Source: Desulfosudaceae bacterium
Lineage (GTDB): Bacteria; Desulfobacterota; Desulfobacteria; Desulfobacterales; Desulfosudaceae
Direction of reading: 5' to 3'
Length of the DNA: 64,000 nucleotides
Assembly (NCBI GenBank): GCA_963674745.2
Contig: CAXXDV010000001.1
Coordinates: forward strand, 704,001-768,000
Below the pieces are notes generated by a model. The model had not been told where the DNA came from, did no database searches, and saw only the letters and a program-made list of their open reading frames with translations. Below, one piece after another: positions 1-9,961 of this stretch (the stretch's first letter is position 1; each line of letters opens with the position of its first letter). A program made the translations under genes and the position numbers.

Positions 1-1131
1 TTTGACGGCCTCAATGCGGGTGGTGATATCGACAAGCCCCAGACCATCGGTTGCAGCGGGCGTCCCCTCGATACCATCGGGATCTTCAAGATGCCGGCCG
101 AGCATCTGGTAACCGCCGCACAAACCAACCACCACGCCGTTGGTATCGGATAGGTACCGCCGGAGGGCTTCCGTCCAACCGGCCTTTCGCAGACGAATCA
201 TGTCATAAACCACGCTTTTGCTGCCCGGGATAATAACAACCTGATAATCCGCCAACCGGTTCGGCGCGTCCAGCCAGGTAACGGTGACTTCCGGTTCTCC
301 GGCCAGGGCGTCGATATCGGTAAAATTGGAGACATGGGGCGGCCGGACGACGGCGATGTTGATTTTTCCGGGGACCGGGCCGGTCGCCTGTTCGCAGGCT
401 GCTTCAAGGGACATGCTGTCCTCCATGTCAACCGCAAAATCCCGGTAATACGGAACCAGCCCGAAAACCGGCTTACCGGTTTTCTGTTCGATCAGGGCGA
501 TACCGTCGTCAAACAGCCGCGGATCACCTCGGAACTTGTTGATGATAAACCCGGCCACCAGATCCTGCTCGGCCTGGTCGATAATATTCATGGTACCGAT
601 GATCTGGGCAAAAACCCCGCCCCGGTCAATATCCGCCACCATTACCACCGGCGCTTTTACAGCCAGGGCCAGGTCAAAATTGACGATATCGTTTTTTCTT
701 AAGTTCAGCTCGGCACACGAACCGGCCCCTTCCATGACAATGGCCTCGTAATCAGTGGTCAGGCGGGTGAAACTTTCAAGGACGATCCGCCGCAGGTAAT
801 CTTTGGTATCGTAATAATCACCGGCCGCCAGGCTCTGCCAGACCTTTCCCTGCACGACCACCTGGGCGCCCACATCGCTGCTGGGTTTTAACAGAACGGG
901 ATTCATGTCAGTCGTGGGCAGGCACCCGGCGGCTTCGGCCTGGGCCGCCTGGGCACGGCCGATTTCGCCCCCGTCCAGGGTCACAAAAGAATTGTTGGAC
1001 ATGTTCTGGGCCTTGAACGGGGTCACAACAACGCCCCTGTTCTTGAGTATCCGGCAGAAAGCCGTGGCCGTGACGCTTTTGCCCACATCCGAACCGGTCC
1101 CCAGGAACATGATTTTTGCCGACTGATTCAT
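1..1131 (-). CDS. cobQ: Cobyric acid synthase (3' end runs off the window; absent from the ORF track)
   Basis: Manual translation from ATG at 1131: MNQSAKIMFLGTGSDVGKS..PFKAQNMS..MNPVLLKP..EGAGSCAELNL..PHVSNFTD..GLCGGYQML. Start overlaps the TPR gene stop (ATGA). Confidence 0.95.
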   Translation of the reverse strand, partial: MNQSAKIMFLGTGSDVGKSVTATAFCRILKNRGVVVTPFKAQNMSNNSFVTLDGGEIGRAQAAQAEAAGCLPTTDMNPVLLKPSSDVGAQVVVQGKVWQSLAAGDYYDTKDYLRRIVLESFTRLTTDYEAIVMEGAGSCAELNLRKNDIVNFDLALAVKAPVVMVADIDRGGVFAQIIGTMNIIDQAEQDLVAGFIINKFRGDPRLFDDGIALIEQKTGKPVFGLVPYYRDFAVDMEDSMSLEAACEQATGPVPGKINIAVVRPPHVSNFTDIDALAGEPEVTVTWLDAPNRLADYQVVIIPGSKSVVYDMIRLRKAGWTEALRRYLSDTNGVVVGLCGGYQMLGRHLEDPDGIEGTPAATDGLGLVDITTRIEAVK

Positions 1132-2429
1132 TGCAGATGCTCCAGCGCTTTTTGCGCCTGTTCGGCATATCGTTCATACTCAGCCGCATGTTTAAAAGCA
1201 TCGACGGCCGCGTTAATTTTTCTCTGACGCCAGGCGATGTACCCCCGCATCAGCCAATGCCGGCCGGATTCGGGTGACAGGGCAGCTAGTTTTTGATATA
1301 CCGCGTCGGCTTCATCCAGCCGTTCGGCTTCGTAAAGCAGATACCCCTTCATGGTCAACAGGTCCTGGTCTTCCGGCGCTGTTTCCAGGCCGCGCTCAAT
1401 CCATTTTAAGGCCTGCTGATCGTCATAAAGACGCAGAAAGCCACGGGCGGTTTTTTTAAACAGCCCGGGATCGGGTGCCAGGTCCAGCTGGTTTTCATAA
1501 TAGCGTACCGCCTCGGCCGGTATGCCCGTCACCATATTGATGTCACCCAGCAGTTCCCGTTCTTCATCGGACAGGATCTGCAAATAACTATAAGCGGTCA
1601 ACGACGTCAGTGCCCGGCGGTAATCCTGACGCTCCAGCAGAAGCCAGGCATGAATTTTCCACCATTTTGATTCCAGGGGATCGTCCCGGGTATAAGCCTC
1701 CGCACCGGCCAGGGCATTGTCTTTCATGTCAAGCTGCAGATAAACGTAAATCAAGGTTTCCCGCCATTGTCGCTGTTGTTTGCCTTGAAGCTGATCGGCC
1801 AGAATTTTGACCTGCGGCAGTGCCAGATCCGGCTTTTCCATCACCAAATAAAGTCGGGCCAGGGACTGGCGCCACTCCAGCGTCAGGGATTGCGGATGGT
1901 TGTCCAGCAGGCGCTTAAACGTCGTCAGGGCCAGGGGATAGTCATTGGCCCGCATAAAGCAGACCGCCCCGTAATACAGGGCTTCCACGGACTGACCGCC
2001 GGACGCGTCATAGGCGGCAACAAATCCCCGGCCGGCTTCGGCCGGACGATTCAGTTCATACAGTCCCCGGGCCAGGTTGAACCGGGCTTCGGTAAAATCC
2101 GCCTTTTTATCGATGGCGGCCTGATAATGCCGCACGGCCGACGCCGAATCACCAAGGGCCATATAGCCGTTACCCAGCAGGAAGTCCACCAGGTAATGCG
2201 TGTACCCCCGGCTTTCGGCCTTGTCCGGTGAAACAGCGGAACGTTTGGCCTGAAAGGTTTCAAGCAGCTCTATGCTTTCTTTGATTTTTTCCGCCGCCAT
2301 CAATTGTTCGGCCTTGTTGATCACCAGTGCGGCCGCAGGGGGAATCCGTCCATGATCGGCCGCACAAACCGGGTAATCCAGCCAGCCGACCGGAACTAAC
2401 AGAACGATAAAAATGACGGCCCACTTCAT
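1128..2429 (-). CDS. Secreted tetratricopeptide-repeat protein (TonB-operon type)
   Basis: Signal peptide, repeated helical TPR patterns (FLLGNGY..A..Y, FNLARGLY); ATGA overlap with tonB. Confidence 0.85.
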   Translation of the reverse strand: MKWAVIFIVLLVPVGWLDYPVCAADHGRIPPAAALVINKAEQLMAAEKIKESIELLETFQAKRSAVSPDKAESRGYTHYLVDFLLGNGYMALGDSASAVRHYQAAIDKKADFTEARFNLARGLYELNRPAEAGRGFVAAYDASGGQSVEALYYGAVCFMRANDYPLALTTFKRLLDNHPQSLTLEWRQSLARLYLVMEKPDLALPQVKILADQLQGKQQRQWRETLIYVYLQLDMKDNALAGAEAYTRDDPLESKWWKIHAWLLLERQDYRRALTSLTAYSYLQILSDEERELLGDINMVTGIPAEAVRYYENQLDLAPDPGLFKKTARGFLRLYDDQQALKWIERGLETAPEDQDLLTMKGYLLYEAERLDEADAVYQKLAALSPESGRHWLMRGYIAWRQRKINAAVDAFKHAAEYERYAEQAQKALEHLQ

Positions 2430-3124
2430 GAATCACCTTCCAGTTCAAACCGGATGGTGGTAGCGACCCGGGTCTTGACAGGTTCCCCCATGACGGTACC
2501 CGGTTGAAACCGCCATCCGGAGACCGCCTTGCGGACGCTTTGTTCAAACACCCCCGGTGGTTGCGCATCAATGATCCGGATATCCGTGACCCGGCCCTGC
2601 TCATTGACCATAAATTCAATATCCACCCAGCCTTCGACAGAAGCCCGCTTGGCCTGAAGAGGATAAAACGGCGGCACGCGGGATACGGGTATCAGGGGTT
2701 TGTCCAGGTCATCGGCGTCAAACACATCGCCCAGGTTCATGGCAGCAAAGTCGACGGCCGCCAGCGGGATATCGGCCAGGGCGGACATATCCGTCGGCAC
2801 TGGAACTCTCTGTAAGTCCGGCTGAAATGTCCGTTCCAGGGAATCCGGGGTCAGGTCAAAGGTCTCCCGCACGGGCGCGGGAATTTCCGGCCTGGGTAAT
2901 ACCTCCTGCGGCGTGTCTGGCGTCTTTGTTAAAACGGTGTCGGGCGGCGTCAGTCGGACAAACTTGATGGCTTGAAGCGGCGGCGGATTCTTGGGCAGGC
3001 TAAGCCGCCCCAGGTTGACGACCGGCAGGACGCTCAACAGCATGAGATTGATCACCAGGGCCGCAACCGCGACGGCCGGCCACCGGCTTTTGCCTTCAAT
3101 TATCTGTGAATCGCGATACGTCAT
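2426..3124 (-). CDS. tonB: Energy transducer TonB
   Basis: N-terminal TM helix, Pro-rich linker, C-terminal YPLQAKRASVEGWVDIEFMVNEQGRV..WRFQPG domain. Confidence 0.92.
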   Translation of the reverse strand: MTYRDSQIIEGKSRWPAVAVAALVINLMLLSVLPVVNLGRLSLPKNPPPLQAIKFVRLTPPDTVLTKTPDTPQEVLPRPEIPAPVRETFDLTPDSLERTFQPDLQRVPVPTDMSALADIPLAAVDFAAMNLGDVFDADDLDKPLIPVSRVPPFYPLQAKRASVEGWVDIEFMVNEQGRVTDIRIIDAQPPGVFEQSVRKAVSGWRFQPGTVMGEPVKTRVATTIRFELEGDS

Positions 3125-3142
3125 TTCATCAGTTGTATTCTA

Positions 3143-3589
3143 TTAATTATAACTGGTCCGGGTGGCTTCATCGCTCATGGTCGGCGCGACAATCGGATCC
3201 CAGGCACTGTCCACCCAGGTGCCAAGTGATGTGTGCATGTCCAGATATTTGGTCGGTATAGGGTGCGTGCCGATAACGACCTTGACGGGATATCGTTTTT
3301 CAAGAAACGCTTTGAAGGTATTGATATAAGGGCAGGGCGGATACCCCACCACCAGTCCGGTCGCCAGATGAATAATGGTCGCCCCGTTTTTTACCATTTC
3401 GTCGCCTGCATACTCAATGTTGCCGCCGGGGCACCCGTCACAACTGGTATAGCCGACCAGTTCGACGGCCGTGTCCGTGTATATATCAAACGCCCCATCC
3501 CTGTTTTTCAGGGCCCTCAGGCACTTGCCGCCGGCACAACGGCGGTAGCGGTCACAGATGATAATACCGATCTTTACCGATGAATTCAT
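3143..3589 (-). CDS. CGGC-domain (putative Fe-S/metal-binding) protein
   Basis: KIGIIIC..CAGGKC, SCDGCPG, IHLATG..CP, VVIGTH; AAGGAG RBS before ATG 3589. Confidence 0.88.
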   Translation of the reverse strand: MNSSVKIGIIICDRYRRCAGGKCLRALKNRDGAFDIYTDTAVELVGYTSCDGCPGGNIEYAGDEMVKNGATIIHLATGLVVGYPPCPYINTFKAFLEKRYPVKVVIGTHPIPTKYLDMHTSLGTWVDSAWDPIVAPTMSDEATRTSYN

Positions 3590-3679
3590 TTTTATCTCCT
3601 TTCCGCTCTGACTACCAAATGATCCCGGCAGAGCGATCAATCGTTCAAGCATTATTGTATTTTCGCCATGGTCCTGGAA

Positions 3680-4840
3680 TTAAAAGCGTTTTTTTAATAC
3701 AGATCCATATCGGACGGCATCCACCGGGCATACATTCAGGCAGCGCCCGCAGCTGAAGCAGTCTTCCGGAAGTCGCCGGCCGGCGACCCGGCCTTTGGCG
3801 GCATTTAAAGGACAGGCCTTTATGCAACCGCCGCATTCCGTGCAGCGGTCCCTGTCAATCCAGACCCGATTAATGCTGATTGTTTCAAATAGCCAGGAAA
3901 TCAACCCAAAAGGACAGATAATCCGGCAAAAGGGACGGTACACAAACAGCGACCCCAGCATAACGACAATGACCGTTATCAGGATACTGATACTTTCAAA
4001 ATGAAAATCAAACAGGTTAAACGGATTGACAAAATGGTAAAGGACAAGCCCCTTGCGGCTGCCGACAAAACCAAACAGGAACAACAGCACCAGGATAAAC
4101 AGCATCACGCGGATGGTGTTGGTCAGGGCAAAGGGAAGTTTATGCTTTTTTGTTTTTCGCAGGAACGGCAAACTGTATACCAACTCCTGTAACGCCCCGA
4201 AAGGGCAGGCCCAGCCACAGATGACCTTGTTGCCGACGACGGCCAGCACGATAAAAAACAAAAAAGCCATGACTTTGGAGCCGGGATCGGGATACAGGCC
4301 GGCCATGGACTTGAACAGTTTTACCGCTCCCTCCATGGGATTAGGCGATTTCCCAAAATAAAAACCAGCCACCAGAACCGACACGATCAGCGTCATAATG
4401 TAAGGGAAACGGGGGTACCCGTATTTTCTCTGTTTAATGTCCGTCCCGGCCGGCCGCCCCAGGCGGGTTAAATAAACAACCCCCACCAGCACCAGTGCCA
4501 GATAAACATAGTATTTCGGGACAGCGTCCACATGGGACCGCAGGTGTTCAATGACATGTGCCAGTTCATCATCGGTTACTTGCAATTGCCTCAGGGGCTT
4601 GCTTTTGGAGACCTGCAGGGGAAGATGCAGCTCTTTGGCCAGGGATTTGCCGGTCACCCCCAGATGGGGCGCGATCTGCTTTATGGACATATCGATGTTG
4701 AAGCTGTCCATCGTATCTTGTTCAGGCGCCGCATGAATGAAAAAGCCACAAACAACAATGGTCAGGGCGACAACCAGTGTCAGCGCCAGAACAAGGCGTT
4801 GCCGGAAAGACAATAATAAAAACCACTGTTTTGTTTGCAT
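3680..4840 (-). CDS. Polytopic membrane 4Fe-4S protein (NapH/MauN-like)
   Basis: CGWACPFG and FCRIICPFG motifs, several TM helices, two CxxCxxCxxxCP ferredoxin motifs at the C-terminus. Confidence 0.88.
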   Translation of the reverse strand: MQTKQWFLLLSFRQRLVLALTLVVALTIVVCGFFIHAAPEQDTMDSFNIDMSIKQIAPHLGVTGKSLAKELHLPLQVSKSKPLRQLQVTDDELAHVIEHLRSHVDAVPKYYVYLALVLVGVVYLTRLGRPAGTDIKQRKYGYPRFPYIMTLIVSVLVAGFYFGKSPNPMEGAVKLFKSMAGLYPDPGSKVMAFLFFIVLAVVGNKVICGWACPFGALQELVYSLPFLRKTKKHKLPFALTNTIRVMLFILVLLFLFGFVGSRKGLVLYHFVNPFNLFDFHFESISILITVIVVMLGSLFVYRPFCRIICPFGLISWLFETISINRVWIDRDRCTECGGCIKACPLNAAKGRVAGRRLPEDCFSCGRCLNVCPVDAVRYGSVLKKRF

Positions 4841-4869
4841 GCCTGTTTTTCTTTCACACAACCAGAAGA

Positions 4870-5403
4870 TTATCCGGAAACGCCGGCGATGTTTCCTGCC
4901 CGGTATTGTTCGATCAGTTTCCTGTAAACATCTATCGAGGCCTGATTGAAGAGCAGTTCATCTTCGGTCAACGGCCGGATCAGCCGGGCAGGTGTACCGA
5001 TGATCATTGATCCCGGTGGAAAGGACTTGTTGTAAGGAACAAAACTGTTGGCACCGACAATGCTGTTCTTTCCGATTTGGGCGCGTGACATAATGGTGGC
5101 ATTCATGCCGATCATGACATCCGCTTCGATACGGCAGCTGCGGACGACCGCCCCGTGACCGATGGTGACCCGTTCGGCAATACTGACTGCCGCCCCGAGG
5201 TCGCTGTGAATCAGCACGTTGTCCTGTATATTGCAGTCCCGCCCGATATCGACCGGGCCTTCATCTCCCCGCAAAACCGCATTAAACCATACGCTGGCGC
5301 CTTCCGCGATACGAACATCGCCAAAAATTTGGGCTCCCTGGGCAATATAAACCGTTTCATGTATCTCAGGCCGGCAGACCTGATGACAATTTTGCGAGGT
5401 CAT
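4870..5403 (-). CDS. Gamma-class carbonic anhydrase family (YrdA-like) protein
   Basis: Hexapeptide repeats, VWFNAVLRGD, NIQDNVLIH, TIGHGAVV; AGGAG RBS. Confidence 0.9.
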   Translation of the reverse strand: MTSQNCHQVCRPEIHETVYIAQGAQIFGDVRIAEGASVWFNAVLRGDEGPVDIGRDCNIQDNVLIHSDLGAAVSIAERVTIGHGAVVRSCRIEADVMIGMNATIMSRAQIGKNSIVGANSFVPYNKSFPPGSMIIGTPARLIRPLTEDELLFNQASIDVYRKLIEQYRAGNIAGVSG

Positions 5404-5669
5404 GTCCCACTCCTTTTATTTTGGCATTACGGTTAACCAAACCGGTTTATGTTACGAATTCCTCGAAGAATTGGTTTATGCGGTTTTTGGATTGGCCCTT
5501 AGCGTTCATAAGGTTGAAAGAGCCTTGATTGGTTATACATCCAATTGTTTTTAAAATCAATCGCCGCCGGAATAATCACAAAAAACATCCGCTTATATCG
5601 GGCATTGCCAAAATTGATGTTTTCTGCGATGCTTTTTAAAACACCAAGCAAAGTAAAAAATTCGAAATT

Positions 5670-6527
5670 ATGACCAGCGACAGCGTCACCAACCTCAAGA
5701 AATGGTTAAAAACCTACGCCGACACTTTTATTCAACGGGCAACAGATCCCGCCCCCTACCTGTTAAAAAAGGCCCATACCTTCAGGGTCTGTCGTGAGAT
5801 TGTTGACCTTGGCCGGGACCTGGCGTTAAGCCCGAAGGACCTTTTGCTGGCGGAAGCCGCCGCCTGCCTGCACGATGTGGGTCGATTCCGCCAGATGGAA
5901 AAATACGGCACTTTTGTGGACGATCTTTCAGAAGATCACGCCCGCCTGGGGCTGCAGGTTATAAATGAAAAAAAACTGCTTGACGAATTCAGCGTCGAGC
6001 AATCGCATATTCTGCGGTCAGCCGTTGCCTTCCATAATGCCGCAAAAATACCGGACGGCCAGAATGATAAGGCCCTGCTTTTTATTAAATTGTTAAGAGA
6101 CGCCGACAAACTCGATATCTGGCGGGTGGTAACCGCCGATTACAAGTTAAGTGATGCCGCCACACCGGATTTTGTCCGACTCGGGCTCAAAGATGACGGC
6201 CTTTATTCACCGCAGGCCCTTCAGGCAATCAAAGAAAAGCGACTGATCAACAAGTCGGTCATAACCCGTTTGAACGACTTTAAATTGATGCAGATCAGCT
6301 GGGTGTTTGATATCAATTTCACGCCCGCCCTCCAAAAGGTCCGAGATCGGGGTTATATTCCGGCCATCATCGCGACCTTGCCGGCTTCTGATGAATTAAA
6401 CAGCATCCTGAACCAGGTAGAAGAATATATGATCCATATCGATCCGACGGTTTTGACCAAAGAAGAACCATCTCCCAATAAGGTAAAAGGGCAACCACAG
6501 GGGGTTGCCCCTACGGGCCGTGGATGA
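5670..6527 (+). CDS. HD-domain phosphohydrolase
   Basis: KKAHTFRV, LHDVGRF, EDHARLG, AFHN, RDADKLDI motifs. Confidence 0.9.
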   Translation: MTSDSVTNLKKWLKTYADTFIQRATDPAPYLLKKAHTFRVCREIVDLGRDLALSPKDLLLAEAAACLHDVGRFRQMEKYGTFVDDLSEDHARLGLQVINEKKLLDEFSVEQSHILRSAVAFHNAAKIPDGQNDKALLFIKLLRDADKLDIWRVVTADYKLSDAATPDFVRLGLKDDGLYSPQALQAIKEKRLINKSVITRLNDFKLMQISWVFDINFTPALQKVRDRGYIPAIIATLPASDELNSILNQVEEYMIHIDPTVLTKEEPSPNKVKGQPQGVAPTGRG

Positions 6528-6567
6528 CACCCGCAAATGTTGTGGGGGCGGCCCCCTGTGGCCGCCC
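6489..6567. repeat. GTAG-type REP hairpin pair (cluster 1)
   Basis: gggcaaccacagggggttgcccctac (6489-6514) and gtgggggcggccccctgtggccgccc (6542-6567). Confidence 0.85.
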
Positions 6568-6727
6568 GATAAAAACGCCCTGCACGATGTGCCCCCATGT
6601 AAATTCGCGATACGGAAAGCATTGATTTATCATGCTGAATATGTTATAAAATATAAACATTTTTTTTGCTGTTAAGATGTATTGATCAGGAAACGTGCCT
6701 TAACCTGGATTACCGAAAGGACGCCAC

Positions 6728-7021
6728 ATGGATGCGCTGACCGCTCTTTCCCTGGAATTTTTTACAAACACCGAAATTGTGATCCCGATCACACAGATTA
6801 TTCTTTTTCTTTCCATCAGCACAGTGGTCCTGCTTTTTGGCAGAGCCAAACTGGCCCTTATGACAAACTATCTTTTCGCGCTGTACTGGGGATACCTGTG
6901 CAACCTTGAGCTCTATACCGAGCTTTTCCAGGACGCGGAATACATTATTTATATTTATTTTGGATTCGGTATTGCCGTGGCCTTTCTGGCGGTCTACGGA
7001 TTTGTCTTTCAGCACGAATAA
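6728..7021 (+). CDS. Small membrane protein, unknown function
   Basis: 97 aa, about three hydrophobic segments, AAGGA RBS. Confidence 0.7.
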   Translation: MDALTALSLEFFTNTEIVIPITQIILFLSISTVVLLFGRAKLALMTNYLFALYWGYLCNLELYTELFQDAEYIIYIYFGFGIAVAFLAVYGFVFQHE

Positions 7022-7034
7022 ATAGCACATCGCC

Positions 7035-7499
7035 TCAGGTCGCGGGCGTGCTGCCGACCAGATTTTTCAACACATCCTCTTTGCCGAGGACCCCTACCAG
7101 CCTGGTGCCCGCCACCACCGGAATGGTGTGATAGTGTTTCTCCACCATCAGCGATGCGATTTCTTCAAGGGGGGTGTCCGGCTTGACGAATACGGGATCG
7201 GGTGTCATGGCATCAGCCACGGTTGTGGCGGCTATTTTCTGAATTTCTTTTTCCAGCGATTTGGTGGAGGTAAAAGAAAAAATACCATCAAGGAAAGTAA
7301 AGATCGACGGCAGGGGGAACCGTTTCTGCTGGGTAATCAGATCGCTCTGGCAGAGGATGCCCACCAGTTTATTCTCCTGATCGACCACTGGAACTCCATT
7401 AATATGGTTTTTCAGAAGTGTTCCTGCCGCCTGGGCAATATCGGTCTCCGGGGAAACCGTGATAACATCTTTTGTCATAATATCTCGGGCACTAATCAT
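7035..7499 (-). CDS. CBS-domain pair protein
   Basis: ARDIMTKDVITV..GVPVVD..LVGIL and VADAMT..TIPVV..LVGV; GGAGA RBS before ATG 7499. Confidence 0.92.
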   Translation of the reverse strand: MISARDIMTKDVITVSPETDIAQAAGTLLKNHINGVPVVDQENKLVGILCQSDLITQQKRFPLPSIFTFLDGIFSFTSTKSLEKEIQKIAATTVADAMTPDPVFVKPDTPLEEIASLMVEKHYHTIPVVAGTRLVGVLGKEDVLKNLVGSTPAT

Positions 7500-7805
7500 A
7501 TCTTCTCCATATGTTTTGACATTTTTATTTATTTTACCACACATCCCGGCAAACCAAAAGGCGGTAACCCGCAAGTTTTACAAAAAGACTAAAAATTATT
7601 GACTTTTCTTGTTTATCTGATTATATTTATTACAATAAATGTTTATCGATAAGCTTCTTTGTTTCCGGCCACTTCATTGCGCCCCGCACTGATAAGAATC
7701 ACACTGGATTAATTTGAATGCTATGAGAGTAGCTTACCGAAATGATATGATTTGATGCTTTTTCGATAACCAGGTAAAAAATTTTTATTACTCAAGAGCT
7801 GTATT

Positions 7806-8711
7806 ATGACGTACAAGCACAAAACATATGCACTGGCGACATTGATCATTCTCGCGATTGTTCTTCATCCAGGAATCCTTTTGGCCGAAAAACTGCCCGC
7901 AGACCAGGTCAACATTTCCACCCCTGTTTACACCCCGCCCAAATCCTTTGCGCCGCAGCTGGGTCTTTATTCATATTCGGTTTCATGGAACGGCATCCCT
8001 GCCGGCAGTGCCGAGCTTGAACTTGATCGCAATGACGAGAGCTATGAAATCCGGGCCCGTGCGCGAACAGCCAAAGGGATCGACCTGATTTATAAGCTTC
8101 GTTACAAATCCGAAACCGTTCTTGATGCCGATACGCTCAAGCCAAAGCACTCGTTTTCCGTTGTATCCGCAAATTCCAGAAAAAAGACAACCCAGGTCGA
8201 ATTTCTTCCCGACGGTGAAATTCTTTCCACCCGTAAAAACCATCGGGGCAGCGTCAAAACATTAAAATTCAACCCCGACAATTTCACCCTTGATCCTTTT
8301 TCCGCCGGGTTTCTGGCCTTGAGCCAGGAATGGAAAGTGGGAGAAAGCCGGCAGTTTGATCTGTTCAGCGGTAAAAGCCGTTACTTGATCGAATTTTCAG
8401 CAGTGGAACAGGTCAGTTTAACGGTAAACGGAGAACTGCGTTCAGCCATCGTGATCGTTCCCAAGGTAAAATCCCTGACTCAAACCGGTGACGATGCGGA
8501 TGAGAAAAAAATGCGGGAAACACGAATTTTTATTGCCGCAGATCCCTCCCGTGAAATCCTTAAAGTATCCAGCGACCTTCTGTTCGGTAGTGTGAATACG
8601 GAGATAGTGGCCTTTACGCCTGCAGGGACGTCACCGGCGTCTGACACAGACAAAGGCGAAGTTGCTACAGTTGTCCCCCCTTTTTTATATCCCTTTGACA
8701 CAGCCTTATAA
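7806..8711 (+). CDS. Secreted DUF3108-like protein
   Basis: Signal peptide; YSVSWNGIPAG, TLDPFSA and FDLFSGKSRY patterns of DUF3108-like beta-rich proteins. Confidence 0.7.
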   Translation: MTYKHKTYALATLIILAIVLHPGILLAEKLPADQVNISTPVYTPPKSFAPQLGLYSYSVSWNGIPAGSAELELDRNDESYEIRARARTAKGIDLIYKLRYKSETVLDADTLKPKHSFSVVSANSRKKTTQVEFLPDGEILSTRKNHRGSVKTLKFNPDNFTLDPFSAGFLALSQEWKVGESRQFDLFSGKSRYLIEFSAVEQVSLTVNGELRSAIVIVPKVKSLTQTGDDADEKKMRETRIFIAADPSREILKVSSDLLFGSVNTEIVAFTPAGTSPASDTDKGEVATVVPPFLYPFDTAL

Positions 8712-8775
8712 ATTTTCTATATTTCCAAGATTCATTCAATATTAACTGTCACTCCTATTCAGAGCAGAGAAAAAG

Positions 8776-9873
8776 TTGTCTGTTAAAACACAGCATAAGC
8801 GGCAGCGGTATATTCTTTATTCTCTCCTTTTGCTGATGGCTTTTTATATCGTCCTGTCCGATGCTGCGGCATCGGAAACGTCTTCACCGCCAGACGAAGG
8901 CAGCACACCATCCGACCAGGTGGCCACAGACACTTTTAATGCCTTGGGGGAATCCCTGGAGATGGGTAATGAGGTAAAAACCATTCGTCCGATCTGGCAG
9001 ATTTACGGAGAAAGGGCTGATATCTTTCATCAAATGGTATGCGAAAAGCTGACGACAACGGCCAACTGGCTCGATTCGTTTTTTCGGGATGAACGTTCTG
9101 AAGTCGAAGAAAACACCTCCAGCCTGAGGCTGAGGCTTTCTTCTTTTTTTGAAGAAGGTGAAAGCGTAAAGCCCGACGCCAGGATACGATTCAGGCTTGT
9201 CCTGCCTGAACTGGAAGACCGGTTTCATATCATGATTACCGGTGAACAGGATAAAAATGATGATATCCGTGACACACTTTTGGATAAAAACGCGGAAATC
9301 GATCAAGAAGCAGAAAGAAACGTCAACCTGTCTTTGCGTTATTTTATTCGTACGGCCAAGGACATGAATTTCAGCTTGAAGGTGGGCGCCCGCATCAATA
9401 ATTTTTCACCCGTCATATATGCCGGCCCGCGTTACAGAATTTCCAAAAACATCGGCGCCTGGCTGGTTCGGTTTACCCAGGAAGTTAAGTATTTCACGGA
9501 CGAAGGCTGGGAGTCTGATACCCGATTTGACTTTGAAAAAATCCTTAAAGAGGATTTGTTTTTCCGAACCAGAACCGAAGGCTATTGGTTCGAACAGGAA
9601 TACGGCTATTTTTATGAATTGAACTTTTCATTATATCAAGTGGTGGATGAAGACCGGGCCTTTCAATACGTCTGGAACAATTATTTTGAAACCCGGCCAT
9701 GCCACTGTCTGGACCAAACCCTTCTGGGAATAACCTATCGCCGCAGATTCTGGCGAAAATGGCTTTTCTTTGAAATCAGCCCTCAGCTTGCATTCAGAGA
9801 AGAAGATGATTACCGTCCGACCCCGGGCATTACCTTTGCCGTGGAAGCCTTGTTCGGCAACAGAGAATGGTAG
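8776..9873 (+). CDS. Probable outer-membrane beta-barrel protein, unknown function
   Basis: Signal peptide, WLDSFF motif, alternating aromatic beta strands, terminal strand ITFAVEALFG. Confidence 0.7.
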   Translation: MSVKTQHKRQRYILYSLLLLMAFYIVLSDAAASETSSPPDEGSTPSDQVATDTFNALGESLEMGNEVKTIRPIWQIYGERADIFHQMVCEKLTTTANWLDSFFRDERSEVEENTSSLRLRLSSFFEEGESVKPDARIRFRLVLPELEDRFHIMITGEQDKNDDIRDTLLDKNAEIDQEAERNVNLSLRYFIRTAKDMNFSLKVGARINNFSPVIYAGPRYRISKNIGAWLVRFTQEVKYFTDEGWESDTRFDFEKILKEDLFFRTRTEGYWFEQEYGYFYELNFSLYQVVDEDRAFQYVWNNYFETRPCHCLDQTLLGITYRRRFWRKWLFFEISPQLAFREEDDYRPTPGITFAVEALFGNREW

Positions 9874-9930
9874 AGGGGCACCCCCCTGTGGGTGCCCCTT
9901 CACCGGGCGGCCACGGGGGGCCGCCCCTAC
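9870..9930. repeat. GTAG-type REP hairpin pair (cluster 2)
   Basis: gtagaggggcacccccctgtgggtgcccc and gggcggccacggggggccgcccctac between convergent genes. Confidence 0.85.
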
Positions 9931-9961
9931 AATATTCGTGAAGCGTGGTTATGTCTTCGGG

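Noticed and set aside
6353..6622. Short ORFs containing VGATPCGCP / GRPRGAAPT (also near 9631-9903, 19303-19608, 27572-27817, 45458-45962)
   Set aside because: These are translations of the REP hairpins, not genes.
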